Both the position numbers and the translations under genes were made by a program. DNA of 63,743 nt, filler included, from Caldilineae bacterium (lineage in GTDB: Bacteria; Chloroflexota; Anaerolineae; DTLA01), in NCBI GenBank assembly GCA_037446815.1. It is 7 parts of 5 records of this genome, joined end to end, with 100 filler letters (N's around TTAATTAATTAA, not from the genome) between each part and the next. Parts side by side here need not be neighbours in the genome. Positions count along the whole stretch, not along the records: positions 40,330 to 44,417 come from JBBIHX010000004.1; positions 44,518 to 61,068 come from JBBIHX010000004.1; 5 more parts are not named here. One strand, 5' to 3'. Position 1 is the stretch's first letter. Each line of letters begins with the position of its first letter. Shown here one piece after another: positions 40,230 to 51,112 of the stretch. Below the pieces are notes generated by a model. It was not told where the DNA came from. It saw only the letters and a list, made by a program, of their open reading frames with translations, and made no database searches.

Positions 40230-40329
40230 NNNNNNNNNNNNNNNNNNNNNNNNNNNNNNNNNNNNNNNNNNNNTTAATTAATTAANNNNNNNNNNNNNNN
40301 NNNNNNNNNNNNNNNNNNNNNNNNNNNNN

Positions 40330-40994
40330 AAATCCCTCTGTTCCCGCTGCGGACGGTGCTTTTCCCGGGCATGCTGATGCCCATCAACGTGTTTGAGCGG
40401 CGGTACTCGGACATGATCGCGGCCTGCCAATCGGAAGGGCAGGCGTTTGGCGTTGTCCTCATCAAGGAAGGCGCGGAGGTGGGCGGGCCTGCCGTTCCCC
40501 ATCGCGTGGGCACATCGGCGCATGTGATTCGCGCCGAGCGCAATATGGACGACGAGAGCCTCGCCATCCTGGTTGTGGGGCGCGAACGGTTCCTGATCCG
40601 TGAGATTCTGCGCCAGGAGCCGTATCTTGTGGGCGCTGTGGAGCCGTTCCCTCTGGCCGGTGTGGATGATCCGAGGGTTGGGCGGCTGGTGCGCCGCATC
40701 AAGGATGATTTGGGCGTGTACATGAGTTTGCTGGGGCGGGTGTCGGGCACGGTGATCCAGGTGGAGCAACTGCCGGATGAGCCTGACATCCTGGCGTGGG
40801 TCATCGGCGTAGCCCTTCAAGTCTCGGCGCTGCAGCGGCAAGAATTGCTGGAGTGCGCAGATTTGCCCGCGCTCCTGGGGCGCGAGTTGCGGCTTTTGAA
40901 TCTGGAGAAGAAACTCCTGCAATTCATGGCGCACACCGAGGACGATCAGGAGCAATGGAACGTGTTTCCGTTCAGCCAGCGCCCTCCGAATTAG
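40330..40994 (+). CDS. LON peptidase substrate-binding domain protein (5'-truncated)
   Basis: IPLFPL..VLFPG..INVFERRY..FGVVLI..G.EVG. Confidence 0.85.
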
Positions 40995-41010
40995 CCGAGG
41001 CGTGTTCGCG

Positions 41011-41853
41011 ATGACGATTGAACCGGCAACGTCGCTTCCCCTATCCGTACAGCAGATTGAGGCTTTGGCGCGCCATCCTTCGGACAATCCGGTCGTGGAG
41101 AAGCGCGCACACTATGTTCTGCGCAGGGTCAGCAAGACCATCCGCGATCACGAGATGATTTGCGGCGGCGACCGTGTTGCTGTGGCGGTGTCGGGCGGTA
41201 AGGACAGCCTGTCGCTGCTGGATATCTTGGTGCGCCACCGAGCCATCGCCAAGGACAAGTATGAGATCGTTGCCGTCCACGTGCAGACCGAGCCGCCGTG
41301 CGGGGGATGTCTCGCGCCGGATGAATTGGCGGTGCTGTGCCGAGCCTATGGCATCCCGCTGGCGGTGGAGCGTGTTGCCGAGGCCGACCTGCGGAACAAC
41401 GAGCGGGGCGAGATTACCTGTTTCGGCTGCGCATTTCACAGACGGAAGGCGCTGTTCATCGCGGCCCACCGCATGGGTTGCAACCGCATCGCCTTTGCGC
41501 ACCACCGCGACGACGCTGCCACTACGGCCATGCTGAACCTGTACCGCCACGGGATTCTGCTCGGACTGGAGCCGGTGCGGGTGATGTTCGGCGGGGTGCT
41601 GACCCTCATCCGCCCGCTGCTGGCCGTGGATGAGAGGCGCATCGTGGAATTCGCCCAGGCGCGCGGAATCCCGCCGCAGGTGTCGCGCTGTCCGAATGCG
41701 GCGACTTCGGAGCGGGTGCGGATGGCACGTATCCTGCGCGAACTGGAGCGGGAATGCCCCTCCGCCAAGGCGAATTTGCTCAAGGTGGTCGGCCGCTATG
41801 GCTCAACTCCCCATGAGGAATCCCCACCCGAATCTGTGAATCTCGGCGAGTAG
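41011..41853 (+). CDS. TtcA-like tRNA thiolase (PP-loop ATPase)
   Basis: SGGKDS, CFGC..RRKALF, HHRDD, IRPL, CP. Confidence 0.82.
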   Translation: MTIEPATSLPLSVQQIEALARHPSDNPVVEKRAHYVLRRVSKTIRDHEMICGGDRVAVAVSGGKDSLSLLDILVRHRAIAKDKYEIVAVHVQTEPPCGGCLAPDELAVLCRAYGIPLAVERVAEADLRNNERGEITCFGCAFHRRKALFIAAHRMGCNRIAFAHHRDDAATTAMLNLYRHGILLGLEPVRVMFGGVLTLIRPLLAVDERRIVEFAQARGIPPQVSRCPNAATSERVRMARILRELERECPSAKANLLKVVGRYGSTPHEESPPESVNLGE

Positions 41854-41892
41854 CCGCAACCCTCCAGCGGCACGCTTGACGGAAAGGAGCCC

Positions 41893-42693
41893 ATGCATTT
41901 CAGCGAACATACACGATTTGCCATGCAGATTGCCCAGGAAGCGGGCGCAGGACTGAAACGTCGTTTCAACGATCACCACGAGGTGCGGAGCAAGTCCACG
42001 CCGAATGACCTGGTTACCGAAGCGGATGAAGCGTCGGAGCGATTGCTGGTGGGACTCATCCGCGAGCGCTTCCCCCACCACGGCATCTTGACCGAGGAAG
42101 GGACGTCCCGCAGCAGCCTGGACAGCGAGTGGCTGTGGCTGATTGACCCGCTGGATGGGACGGTGAACTACGCTCATGGGCTGCCGAGTTTCAGCGTCAG
42201 CATTGCGGTGGTGCACGAGGGCGAGGTGATTTCGGGCGTGGTGTGCAGCCCGTGCCAGGGCCTGCTGTTCGTGGCCGAGCGAGGCCAGGGCGCGTGGGAG
42301 GGCGGCAAGCGGCTCCGCGTGTCATCGGCGGCGACGCTCGCCCAGGCGATGTTGAGCACGGGGTTCCCCTACCGCATGGTGGGGAATCCGGACAACAATT
42401 TGGCGGAGTTTGCCCAGGTTGCCCTGCGGGCGCAGGCCGTGCGGAGGCTGGGTGTGGCATCGCTGGATCTGGCATGGGTGGCCGCAGGCGTGCTGGATGG
42501 CTACTGGGAGGCGAACCTGCAGCCGTGGGATTGGGCGGCGGGTGCGCTGCTGGTGGAGGAGGCGGGCGGCTTGGTTACCGACTACGAGGGCCGACGTTGG
42601 AGAGTGGACACGCCGTACCTGGCGGCGACCAATGGCCGGTATCACGAGGAGTTGCTGGCGGTCATCCGCGAGGCGCGCACGGGGGCTGTGTAG
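41893..42693 (+). CDS. suhB: Inositol monophosphatase family
   Basis: LVTEAD, EE, WLIDPLDGTVNY, PWDWAAG. Confidence 0.88.
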   Translation: MHFSEHTRFAMQIAQEAGAGLKRRFNDHHEVRSKSTPNDLVTEADEASERLLVGLIRERFPHHGILTEEGTSRSSLDSEWLWLIDPLDGTVNYAHGLPSFSVSIAVVHEGEVISGVVCSPCQGLLFVAERGQGAWEGGKRLRVSSAATLAQAMLSTGFPYRMVGNPDNNLAEFAQVALRAQAVRRLGVASLDLAWVAAGVLDGYWEANLQPWDWAAGALLVEEAGGLVTDYEGRRWRVDTPYLAATNGRYHEELLAVIREARTGAV

Positions 42694-42754
42694 ATCAGGT
42701 GCCACGGAGGAATCTGCAAGGGACTTCCCTCACGCAGTTCGCTGCACGGATTCG

Positions 42755-43576
42755 CTACCGGTGGATCTTGCGCGCACGCACCATGATGGACGGGATAATC
42801 CGCGCACGGATGGATTCTGACCAGCGGTGCACCCTGACTGCTTCCAGGATGCGCTCGTAGGCGAATATCGGTGGCAGTAGGGCCTGTGGGAGTTCTATGA
42901 CAAATCCCCACCGGGGCAAGAACCGTGGTTCAAGCCAAGTTACTTGGAATCGGTGCCTCTGCAGGATGGGGCAGATTTCTGCCAAGAGGTACACCCGGAG
43001 GTGGAAGCCGACCGACCGTCGGCCATGCCATAGGCGCGAGGGTGTGAAAAACACGTAACATGCGCCCACCTTGAGGACGCGATGAACCTCCGTGAGATGC
43101 CTGCTGAAGTCCGCCGGGGAAAGGTGTTCAACAAGGTGCTCGCTGATCACGTAGTCAAATGATTCGTCGGGGAACTCAAGGAGGCGCGCATCGCCGTACT
43201 CGTAGCGAAGATCCAGTTCGTTGCGGACATGCTTGGCACGTGCTCGGTCCAGTGCGATTTGGGACACATCAATGGAGACAACGGAGTTTCCCTGTTTGGC
43301 TAACAGGTGCGAGGTAACACCATCGCCGCACCCGACTTCCAGCACACGCTTCCCCGCGCCGATTTCACGGAGCAGGGCCAGCCGCGATCGGTCCATGCCG
43401 CGGGGATTGACCTGCGCGTAGATATCGCCGGCGCCCCCTTGTTGTTCCAAGAACCAGGCATGAAGCTCATCATAGGCCCGCTGGAACTCCTCTGTGGTTG
43501 GGTTAGCGAGCAGACGCTCTCGCCACTTGCTCTCAATCTCGTATTCTTTGTCGGTTTTCGTGCGGCACGGGCCCAT
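42755..43576 (-). CDS. Class I SAM-dependent methyltransferase
   Basis: VLEVGCGDG, GDARLLEFPDESFDY, VEHL. Confidence 0.85.
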   Translation of the reverse strand: MGPCRTKTDKEYEIESKWRERLLANPTTEEFQRAYDELHAWFLEQQGGAGDIYAQVNPRGMDRSRLALLREIGAGKRVLEVGCGDGVTSHLLAKQGNSVVSIDVSQIALDRARAKHVRNELDLRYEYGDARLLEFPDESFDYVISEHLVEHLSPADFSRHLTEVHRVLKVGACYVFFTPSRLWHGRRSVGFHLRVYLLAEICPILQRHRFQVTWLEPRFLPRWGFVIELPQALLPPIFAYERILEAVRVHRWSESIRARIIPSIMVRARKIHR

Positions 43577-43610
43577 CTCTTGTGCCTCCCTGCACGAGGT
43601 TGTCAACCGA

Positions 43611-43679
43611 AGTGTAGCAGGGGGTGCGTTCCGTGTCAAGTGAAACTTGACTTGACACGGCGCGATACCCTGCTATCAT
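43611..43679. promoter_or_regulatory. Mirror-image divergent sigma70 promoters
   Basis: (+) TTGACA-N16-TATCAT; (-) TTGACA-N17-TACACT; 11-bp perfect inverted repeat ccgtgtcaagt/acttgacacgg. Confidence 0.65.
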
Positions 43680-43759
43680 TCCGGCGGACAAGGGTGAGCA
43701 GGCATCGCTTCGCCTGTGTACAGGAGGCTGACGTGCGATGCCGCCGAAGGGAGCAAAGC

Positions 43760-44353
43760 ATGAGCGAGACGGGTGCGCCCGCGCCTGTTTGGGCTTTCCA
43801 CCCCCTGACCCCCGAGCGCTGGCATGACTTTGAGATGCTGTTCGGCCCACGGGGCGCGTGCGGGGGATGCTGGTGCATGTGGTGGCGGCAGACGCGGGCG
43901 GAGTTTGACCGCATGAAAGGCGAGGCCAACCGCCAGGCCATGAAGGCCCTCGTGGAGTCGGGGCATGTCCCCGGCATTCTGGCGTATTCCGGCGGCAAGC
44001 CGGTTGGCTGGTGCTCGGTGGCGCCGCGCGAGGAGTTCAGCGCCCTGGCGCGGTCGCGGGTGCTCCGCCCGGTGGATGACCGGCCGGTGTGGTCGGTGGT
44101 GTGTTTCTTCGTGGACAAGGCCTACCGCCGCCAGGGCCTGACGGTGGCGCTTCTGCGTGCGGCGGTGGGCTACGCGGCGGCCCATGGCGCAACGATTGTG
44201 GAGGGCTATCCGGCAGAACCGAAGAAGCCCGACACGCCTGCGCTGTTCGTGTACATGGGCACGGTTTCCGCATTTCGCAAGGCGGGCTTTGTGGAGGTCG
44301 CGCGCGGGTCGCCATCCCGCCCCATCATGCGATACAGGATAGGACAGTCATAG
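43760..44353 (+). CDS. GNAT N-acetyltransferase (CWC-containing subfamily)
   Basis: CWCMWW, VGWC, CFFV..YRRQG, VEGYP, FRKAGF. Confidence 0.85.
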   Translation: MSETGAPAPVWAFHPLTPERWHDFEMLFGPRGACGGCWCMWWRQTRAEFDRMKGEANRQAMKALVESGHVPGILAYSGGKPVGWCSVAPREEFSALARSRVLRPVDDRPVWSVVCFFVDKAYRRQGLTVALLRAAVGYAAAHGATIVEGYPAEPKKPDTPALFVYMGTVSAFRKAGFVEVARGSPSRPIMRYRIGQS

Positions 44354-44517
44354 GCATCGCACGAGGGGGTGGGCATGTTCTTCGCGGCATTTGTCGGACT
44401 CCCAGCGCATGCGCCAGNNNNNNNNNNNNNNNNNNNNNNNNNNNNNNNNNNNNNNNNNNNNTTAATTAATTAANNNNNNNNNNNNNNNNNNNNNNNNNNN
44501 NNNNNNNNNNNNNNNNN

Positions 44518-45694
44518 GGGGAGCCTGCGTATCGGGCAGGTCCAGGGATCCGTGCCGCACGAAGCGCGTGAGCATTTCGGTGGTGTTGCGCTTGGCCTCG
44601 GCGACGTTGGGTTGGTCAAAGGGATTGACCTGCAGGATGTGGCCCGCGATGGCCGTCGCCATCTCCCAGCAGTAGAACTCCGCGCCGAGGTCATGGGGAT
44701 CTGCCAATTGGCGCATGAGGGCGGCAGGAGCGGACTGGGCGCGGGTCGCGTCATGGCCGGGCGCGATGGTGACGAGCGCGGGGTCGGGGAGGCGCTGCGC
44801 TTCTGCGATGAGGTTGCCCGCGGGGGGCAGCGGCACCGGCAGGATGCCCGTTCCTCGCTTGCCCGTGCTTTCGGCGAGCAGTTGCTCAATCCACAATCCC
44901 AGATCGGCGAACTGCGGGGATATCGCGAGGGCAACTTTGTCTCGCCCCTGTCGCGCCATTGCGCCGAGGAATGCGCCCAGGATGGCGCCGGGGTTCTCAT
45001 GGACCGGAACGGCGGGGCTGCAGCGAGCGGCCATGTCCTGCGCCGACCGAAGGACGCGAGCGATGTCCACGCCGGCCAGGGCCGCGGGAACGAGGCCGAA
45101 CAGCGACAGGGCCGAGTAGCGGCCGCCGATGTCGGTGGGGTTCAGGAAGACGGCGCGGAAAGCGTTGTCGCGGGCGATGCGCTCAAGGCCGGAGTCTGGG
45201 TCGGTGATGGCGATGAAGGCATCGCCGGGCGAGGGCGTGATGTCGCCGGCCCGCCGCCAGAAGTACTTGAACAGGGAGAGCATTTCTATGGTGCTGCCCG
45301 ACTTGCTGGCGACGATGAAGAGGGTATGGGACAAGTCTATGGCGTTTTCGCACCAGAGGACAGCCGCCGGGACGGTGCTGTCCAGCATATGGAATCGCGG
45401 GCAGCCCTCCGCCGGGGCCAGGTTCTTGGCCAGCACGTGGGGGGCCAGGCTGCTACCGCCCATGCCGAGCAGGACGATGTCGGTGAAGCCGGACTCGCGG
45501 ATTTCCCGCGCAAAGGCCTGGATTTCTGGAACGCGGGGCTGCATGGTCTCCGCAACGGTGAGCCAACCGAGTCGGTCCACGATCTCGCGCCCGTCGGGCG
45601 AGCCCCATACGGTGGGGTCGTGATCCCAGATGCGAGGAATAATGCGGTTCCGTTCCAGTTCCCGCAGGGCATCGTCTACGAAATGGGATTGCAC
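44518..45694 (-). CDS. pgi: Glucose-6-phosphate isomerase (tal-pgi-type PGI domain), 3'-truncated
   Basis: LGMGGSSL, ASKSGSTIE, IGGRYSALS, QLLAESTGK, NPFDQPNV. Confidence 0.85.
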
Positions 45695-45737
45695 GCGAAT
45701 TGCCTCCTTGTCGCAACATCTATGCTGCTCGGCGCCC

Positions 45738-45767
45738 AGTTTACCACAAGGGCCGCCCAGGAGACAA
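45738..45767 (-). promoter_or_regulatory. sigma70 promoter TTGTCT-N18-TAAACT (extended -10) for pgi
   Basis: agacaa 45762-45767 and agttta 45738-45743 on +. Confidence 0.5.
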
Positions 45768-45782
45768 GCGGGGCTTGGGCCG

Positions 45783-45922
45783 GACACGGTTCCATCTTGT
45801 GTTGGTCTGTCCCTCGCACCGCCTCTCCACTCTGTCATGCTGAGCCGAAGGCGAAGCATCTCGGTCAGCGAGATTCTTCGCTCTCCGCCGCTCAGAATGA
45901 CGGTAGGTGCCAAGAGACTTTG
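45783..45922 (+). mobile_element. MITE type B, right end eroded
   Basis: gacacggttccatcttgtgttgg...gtcatgctgagccgaaggcgaagcatct...ctcagaatgac...ccaagagacttt. Confidence 0.8.
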
Positions 45923-46000
45923 TTGGTCTGTCGCGACGAGGGCAAACTGTGATATAATGAGTTGCCGCGATGTCGCGAGCACACGCCAAAGGAGAGGCCG

Positions 46001-47305
46001 TTGGGCGAAGAGTTCTTTCCTGCCGAGCCACGCTCCCTGGAAGAGACCGGTCTGGGTTTGCTTCCCCTTGCCGACCTGGCGATCAAGATTCTGTACGTTA
46101 CCGGACAGATGACGGGGTTTGACCTGGCCCAGGCGATGGGGTTGCCCTTCCAATCGGTGGTAAGCCGCGTTCTGGATTTCTTGAAACGCGAGCGATACTG
46201 CGAGACGCGGGGTGTTGCGGGATTCGGCGAAGGGTCATACCAATACTCGGTAACGGAAAAGGGGAGCGCCAAGGCGCACGAGGTGCTGTGGCGCAACCAG
46301 TACACAGGGCCGGCGCCGGTGCCGTTGGCGGAGTACTGTCGGGCGGTTCGCGCGCAGGGCCTGCCGGAGGTTCGCGCTGACCGCGTGGCCCTGGAGGCGG
46401 CGCTGGGCGACTTGGTGGTGAGCAGGGGTCTTGTGGAGCAACTCGGGCCTGCGGTTGCGGGCAGGCACTCGCTCTTGTTGTACGGGATGGCGGGGTGTGG
46501 GAAGACGAGCATCGCGCGCGCCCTGGCCAATCTCCTCGCCGTAGGCGACGTGTACGTGCCGTATGCCGTGGAGGCGCAGGGCGAGATCGTTCTGGTGTAC
46601 GATAACGTTCTGCATGGCCCGCCCGTCAAAGGGCTCCCGGCCGAGCAGGAGCAGGCGGGGGTTCGGCAAGACGGGCGATGGGTGCGGATTCGGCGGCCAG
46701 TGGTGGTGCTGGGCGCGGAGTTGCACCTGGAGGCGCTGGATCCGTCTCTGGACGAGGTGGCGCGGTGCTACAGCGCCCCGCCGCAGATTCGCGCGAACAA
46801 CGGTGTGATTGTCCTGGATGACCTGGGCAGGCAGCTGTCGCCGCCGGCGGGTTTCCTGGCCCGACTTACGCATCTGCTTGAGGCGCGGTCGGACCGCCTG
46901 GCGTTTCGGACTGGGCAGCGCGTAGAGGTGCCTTTTGAGGGGATTCTCATCGTAACCACGCACCTGAACGTCCGGGACCTGGGCGACGCGGCGATGCTTC
47001 GGCGCATTCGGCACAAGGTGGCTTTGCGCGCCCCCACGTTTGACGAATACCGTGAGATATTCCAGAAAGCATGCGCGCAGCGGGGCGTGGCATATGACGA
47101 GAACGCGCTGGCCTACGTGCTCCAGAAGTACTACGTGCAGCCGAAGGTACCCCTGCGGGCCGCCGATCCGGGCGAGATTCTGACGCGCTTGATGGATGTG
47201 GCGGCATTTCGGCAGGTGCGGCCGGTCCTTTCGGTGGAGTTGCTGGACCTCGCCTGCCGCGCCTATTTCGTGGATGGCACGGGGGAGGGGAGCCGTTCGT
47301 CGTGA
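46001..47305 (+). CDS. AAA+ ATPase with N-terminal winged-helix-like region
   Basis: Walker A GMAGCGKTS, Walker B VLDDLGRQ, MLRRI; TTG start after AGGAGAGG. Confidence 0.78.
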   Translation: MGEEFFPAEPRSLEETGLGLLPLADLAIKILYVTGQMTGFDLAQAMGLPFQSVVSRVLDFLKRERYCETRGVAGFGEGSYQYSVTEKGSAKAHEVLWRNQYTGPAPVPLAEYCRAVRAQGLPEVRADRVALEAALGDLVVSRGLVEQLGPAVAGRHSLLLYGMAGCGKTSIARALANLLAVGDVYVPYAVEAQGEIVLVYDNVLHGPPVKGLPAEQEQAGVRQDGRWVRIRRPVVVLGAELHLEALDPSLDEVARCYSAPPQIRANNGVIVLDDLGRQLSPPAGFLARLTHLLEARSDRLAFRTGQRVEVPFEGILIVTTHLNVRDLGDAAMLRRIRHKVALRAPTFDEYREIFQKACAQRGVAYDENALAYVLQKYYVQPKVPLRAADPGEILTRLMDVAAFRQVRPVLSVELLDLACRAYFVDGTGEGSRSS

Positions 47306-47404
47306 GTTTGTGGCGAGATGTTGGGTGGCGCTGCAGTTTTGCATGTGTGGCTACCGTGTGTTATGATTAGGCGCAGTCGGCAGTCCGCAGGAGCGGAGCA
47401 CGTG

Positions 47405-50110
47405 ATGGCCCATTCACGACAAGCCTCATCCAAATCCAAAGAGAGCAAATCGCCTCGGCGCTGGGATACCAACGGGTATACACTGTTGCGCGAAACCAGC
47501 CGCTTGATCAGTTCTGTCCCCGACATCCGAGCCCTACTGGAATTGCTGTATGAGGAGATACGTAAACTTGTCGCGGCAGATACGTATTATGTTACGCTGT
47601 ACGACCCTCGCACAGATGAGGTAAGCGTTGAGATTCTGATAGACGAGGGCGAGCGGTTCCCGCGGGCGCGGCGGAAGGTTACTACGGGTCTTACACGTTG
47701 GGTCATAGACAACCGTCAGCCGCTCCTGGTGCGCGACATGGAGCGCGATGTGCTCCCGTGCAAGCCGGTTTTCATGGGCAAGCCGCGCATGTCGCGGTCG
47801 TGGCTGGGCGTGCCCATGATGCTGGGAGACCGCGTCATTGGCGTGCTGGTTGCTGCCAGTTATCAGCCGAATGTCTACGATGAAGAGCACCAGGAAATCT
47901 TGCTGCACGTGGCAAGCCAGGCGGCAGTGGCCGTTGAGAATGCTCGCCTGTATCAGGAGAGCCGCCTGCGCGTTCGGGAGTTGGATGCACTGCAGCAGGT
48001 GAGCCTGCAACTGGTGTCGTCGCTGGACTTGTCGGCGGTGCTGCGGTTGGTAGTGCGAACGACGCTGGAGTTGACGGGCGCCCGCGATGCCCATGTCTTC
48101 TTGTACGACGAAGGAACCGGTCGCTTGTCGTTTGGCGCGGCGCTGTGGTCCACAGGCGAAACGGATCTGCGGCCGGAAACCACGCCCCGCCCCGACGGAA
48201 TCACCATGACCTGCGTGCGTTCCGGCGAGGCTGTGGTCATCAACGACTGCTCGTCGCATCCGCTGTTCCGGGATCCATCGGCGCGAAAGGGCGGCCTGCG
48301 TTCCATCGTCAGCCTTCCGTTGCGGCGGGCTTCTCACGTGCTGGGCGCGCTGAACGTGGCTTTTGTGGAACCTCATGTGTTCGGCGATGATGAGTTGCGT
48401 CTGCTCGGCTTGCTGGCCGACCAGGCCGCGATTGCCATTGACAACGCGCGGCTGTTTCAGGCGGCACGGGATCGCGCGGAACGGCTGGCTGTGGTGGGGG
48501 AGATCGCGAAGGCAATTACGGCGACGTTTGATTTGAACGCGATTGTGCTGGCCGTTTCGCGGTCGCTTGCGCCACTGCTGCCGCACAAGCATATGGCGTT
48601 GTGGCAACAGAGCGGCTCGGACGGCGAGTGGGTGGCTGTGAGTGCAAGCAACGGGGACGTGGGCGAATTGCGCGCGGCGGTGGAATCGCTGATACTCGCG
48701 GATGCGCCAATGGTTCCCTGTGTCTGGACGGCGGATGAGCGGACGCAGCCGGAGGCTCGGCAGGCGCTGGCCTCCGCCGGGTTGCGGTCGCTGGCGGTGG
48801 TGCCGGTCGCCGCAGATGGACGGCGCATCGGACTATGGACGGTTGGCGCTCAGGAGGCGGATGCCTTTGGTCTCAGTCAGTTGGGACTGCTGAGCCAGGT
48901 TTCGGGGCACTTGGCCATCGCCATTCAGAACGCGCAACTGTATTCGGAGATGGAAAGGGCGCTGGAGCAGTTGCGCCAAAGCCAGACGCAATTGGTTCGG
49001 TCGGAGCGGATGCGGGCGCTGGCGGAATTGTCGGCAGGTGTGGCGCACGATTTCAACAATGTGCTCACGAGCATCTTGGGTCGGGTGCAGCTGATGCTCA
49101 CCCATGTGCAGGATCCGGCTACGCGAGAATCGCTCCAGGTAATTGAGCGGGCGGCACGCAACGGCGCGCAAACGGTGCGGCGCATCATGGGCTTTGCCCG
49201 CCACCGCGAGGGCGAGGAGTTCGTGCCGCTGGATGTCAACTGCCTGGTGGAGGACGCCATTCTGCTCACGGAGCCGCGCTGGCGCGATCCGGTTTCGGAT
49301 CGGCCGCCGATAGAGGTTAAGTTTCGGCGGGGCAGGCCGATGGCAGTCATGGGGTCGGCTGCGGAACTCAGCGAGGTGCTCACCAACTTGATTTTCAATG
49401 CGGTGGACGCAATGCCCAAGGGTGGGCGTCTGATTTTGGAGACGCGCCGCGAGGGGAATGAGGCGGTCATCCGCGTGCGGGATACCGGAGTGGGTATTCC
49501 GCCCGAGGTCATGAGCAAACTGTTTACCCCATTTTTCACCACTAAAGGAAGCCATAACGCCGGCATGGGCTTGAGCATGGCCCGCGAAATCGTAACCCGT
49601 CACGGGGGCACAATTCAAGTGCAGAGCGAACCAGGCAAGGGGAGCACGTTTTCTGTTCACCTTCCGCTTGTCCGGCATGTTCAACTGCACAACTTCAAGG
49701 AAGAGTTGCCTATGACACAGCCAACACATGTCCCTAGGAGCCTGAGCATCCTCGTTGTTGAGGATGAGGAGAGCATTCGGAGACTTCTGTCAAGCATCTT
49801 GGGGCTAGAAGGCCACGAGGTGCGCACGTTCCGAACCGCCACAGAGGGGATTGCGGCGTTCCACGAGCGAGGTGCCGACCTGGTGATCACGGATTTGGGC
49901 CTTCCAGACCAGTCCGGCTGGGAGGTGGCGCGACAGGTGAAAGCGGCCTCGCCGAGTACGCCGGTGATTCTCATTACCGGCTGGGGCGTGAGCGCAGAAG
50001 TTACCGAGGCGAGGCGGCGCGGGGTGGATTATGTGCTGCCGAAGCCGTTTGAGTTTGAGGAACTGAGCGACCTGATTTCCAAAGCCCTGAGCGACCTGGG
50101 CGAGCGATGA
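47405..50110 (+). CDS. Cytoplasmic hybrid histidine kinase (3 GAF + HisKA + HATPase + REC)
   Basis: AHDFNN, NLIFNAVDAMP, DTGVG, FFTTK, LVVEDE, ITDLGLP, PKPF. Confidence 0.92.
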   Translation: MAHSRQASSKSKESKSPRRWDTNGYTLLRETSRLISSVPDIRALLELLYEEIRKLVAADTYYVTLYDPRTDEVSVEILIDEGERFPRARRKVTTGLTRWVIDNRQPLLVRDMERDVLPCKPVFMGKPRMSRSWLGVPMMLGDRVIGVLVAASYQPNVYDEEHQEILLHVASQAAVAVENARLYQESRLRVRELDALQQVSLQLVSSLDLSAVLRLVVRTTLELTGARDAHVFLYDEGTGRLSFGAALWSTGETDLRPETTPRPDGITMTCVRSGEAVVINDCSSHPLFRDPSARKGGLRSIVSLPLRRASHVLGALNVAFVEPHVFGDDELRLLGLLADQAAIAIDNARLFQAARDRAERLAVVGEIAKAITATFDLNAIVLAVSRSLAPLLPHKHMALWQQSGSDGEWVAVSASNGDVGELRAAVESLILADAPMVPCVWTADERTQPEARQALASAGLRSLAVVPVAADGRRIGLWTVGAQEADAFGLSQLGLLSQVSGHLAIAIQNAQLYSEMERALEQLRQSQTQLVRSERMRALAELSAGVAHDFNNVLTSILGRVQLMLTHVQDPATRESLQVIERAARNGAQTVRRIMGFARHREGEEFVPLDVNCLVEDAILLTEPRWRDPVSDRPPIEVKFRRGRPMAVMGSAAELSEVLTNLIFNAVDAMPKGGRLILETRREGNEAVIRVRDTGVGIPPEVMSKLFTPFFTTKGSHNAGMGLSMAREIVTRHGGTIQVQSEPGKGSTFSVHLPLVRHVQLHNFKEELPMTQPTHVPRSLSILVVEDEESIRRLLSSILGLEGHEVRTFRTATEGIAAFHERGADLVITDLGLPDQSGWEVARQVKAASPSTPVILITGWGVSAEVTEARRRGVDYVLPKPFEFEELSDLISKALSDLGER

Positions 50111-50123
50111 GAGGTGGGCCACG

Positions 50124-50519
50124 ATGAGCGTTGACCTTGAGGCCGAGATTCGGGCGAGCCTTCGGGATGGGAAACTGCCGTGTGCTGTGGCGTGGAGGGT
50201 TGCCGAGCGCGCGGGCGTGGAGCGCCGGGCGGTTGGGGAGATGGCCGACCGCCTGGACATTCGCATCAGCCATTGCCAGTTGGGTCTGTTCGGATATGGC
50301 GAGAAGCGCCTGGGGCAGCACAAGATCGTGGAGCCGCCGGCGAGCCTGGATCCCTCGTTGGCCGATGCGATCCGCGCGGCGGCAAAAGATGGCAAGGTGT
50401 CGTGCGCGCAACTGTTTGAGATTGCGGGGCGTTTGGGATTTCCCGCGATGAGCGCCAGCGCTCACGCGGAAGCGCTTGGAATCAAGATCACGGCGTGCCA
50501 GTTGGGGTGTTTCGGGTGA
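50124..50519 (+). CDS. Small protein with duplicated C...CQLGxF domain
   Basis: DGKLPCAVA...CQLGLF and DGKVSCAQL...CQLGCF. Confidence 0.7.
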   Translation: MSVDLEAEIRASLRDGKLPCAVAWRVAERAGVERRAVGEMADRLDIRISHCQLGLFGYGEKRLGQHKIVEPPASLDPSLADAIRAAAKDGKVSCAQLFEIAGRLGFPAMSASAHAEALGIKITACQLGCFG

Positions 50520-51025
50520 GCGATACGAAACGTCTGTCCCATGTGGATGATTCGGGGAAGGCGCGCATGGTGGACGTGGGCGCGAAGGCCGACTCGGAGC
50601 GGGTCGCCGTGGCGCGTGGCGTGGTGCTCATGCGGGCCGACACGCTGACGCTGATTCGGCAGGGCGGCATCGCCAAGGGAGACGTTCGCGCAGCGGCAGA
50701 ATTGGCCGGAGTCATGGGCGCGAAGCAGACGGCCAACTTGATTCCGCTGTGCCATCCGCTGGCCCTGACGCAGGTGGTCGTCGTCGTGGACATTGACGGC
50801 GCGACGGTCAACGCCGATGGCACCGCGGAAGTTCCCATCACGGCGACGGCGAAGACCGTGGGGAAGACCGGCGTGGAGATGGAGGCGCTCACGGCGGTGG
50901 CCGTGGCCGCGCTCACCCTGTACGACATGTGCAAGGCCGTGGATCGGGGTATGCGGATCGCCGACGTGCGCCTGGTGCGGAAGAGCGGCGGGCGCAGCGG
51001 CACGTGGGAAGCACAGGACGCATAG
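50516..51025 (+). CDS. moaC: Cyclic pyranopterin monophosphate synthase
   Basis: ARMVDV, LIPLCHP, TGVEMEAL, YDMCKAVD. Confidence 0.96.
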   Translation: MSDTKRLSHVDDSGKARMVDVGAKADSERVAVARGVVLMRADTLTLIRQGGIAKGDVRAAAELAGVMGAKQTANLIPLCHPLALTQVVVVVDIDGATVNADGTAEVPITATAKTVGKTGVEMEALTAVAVAALTLYDMCKAVDRGMRIADVRLVRKSGGRSGTWEAQDA

Positions 51026-51112
51026 TCAACGTGGGCTTTGCGGCGCGGGAGGGCAGGCGGGATGCCTGCCGTCGGCGGAGCCTGCGCTGTGATCACGATG
51101 GGTGAGGTGAGT

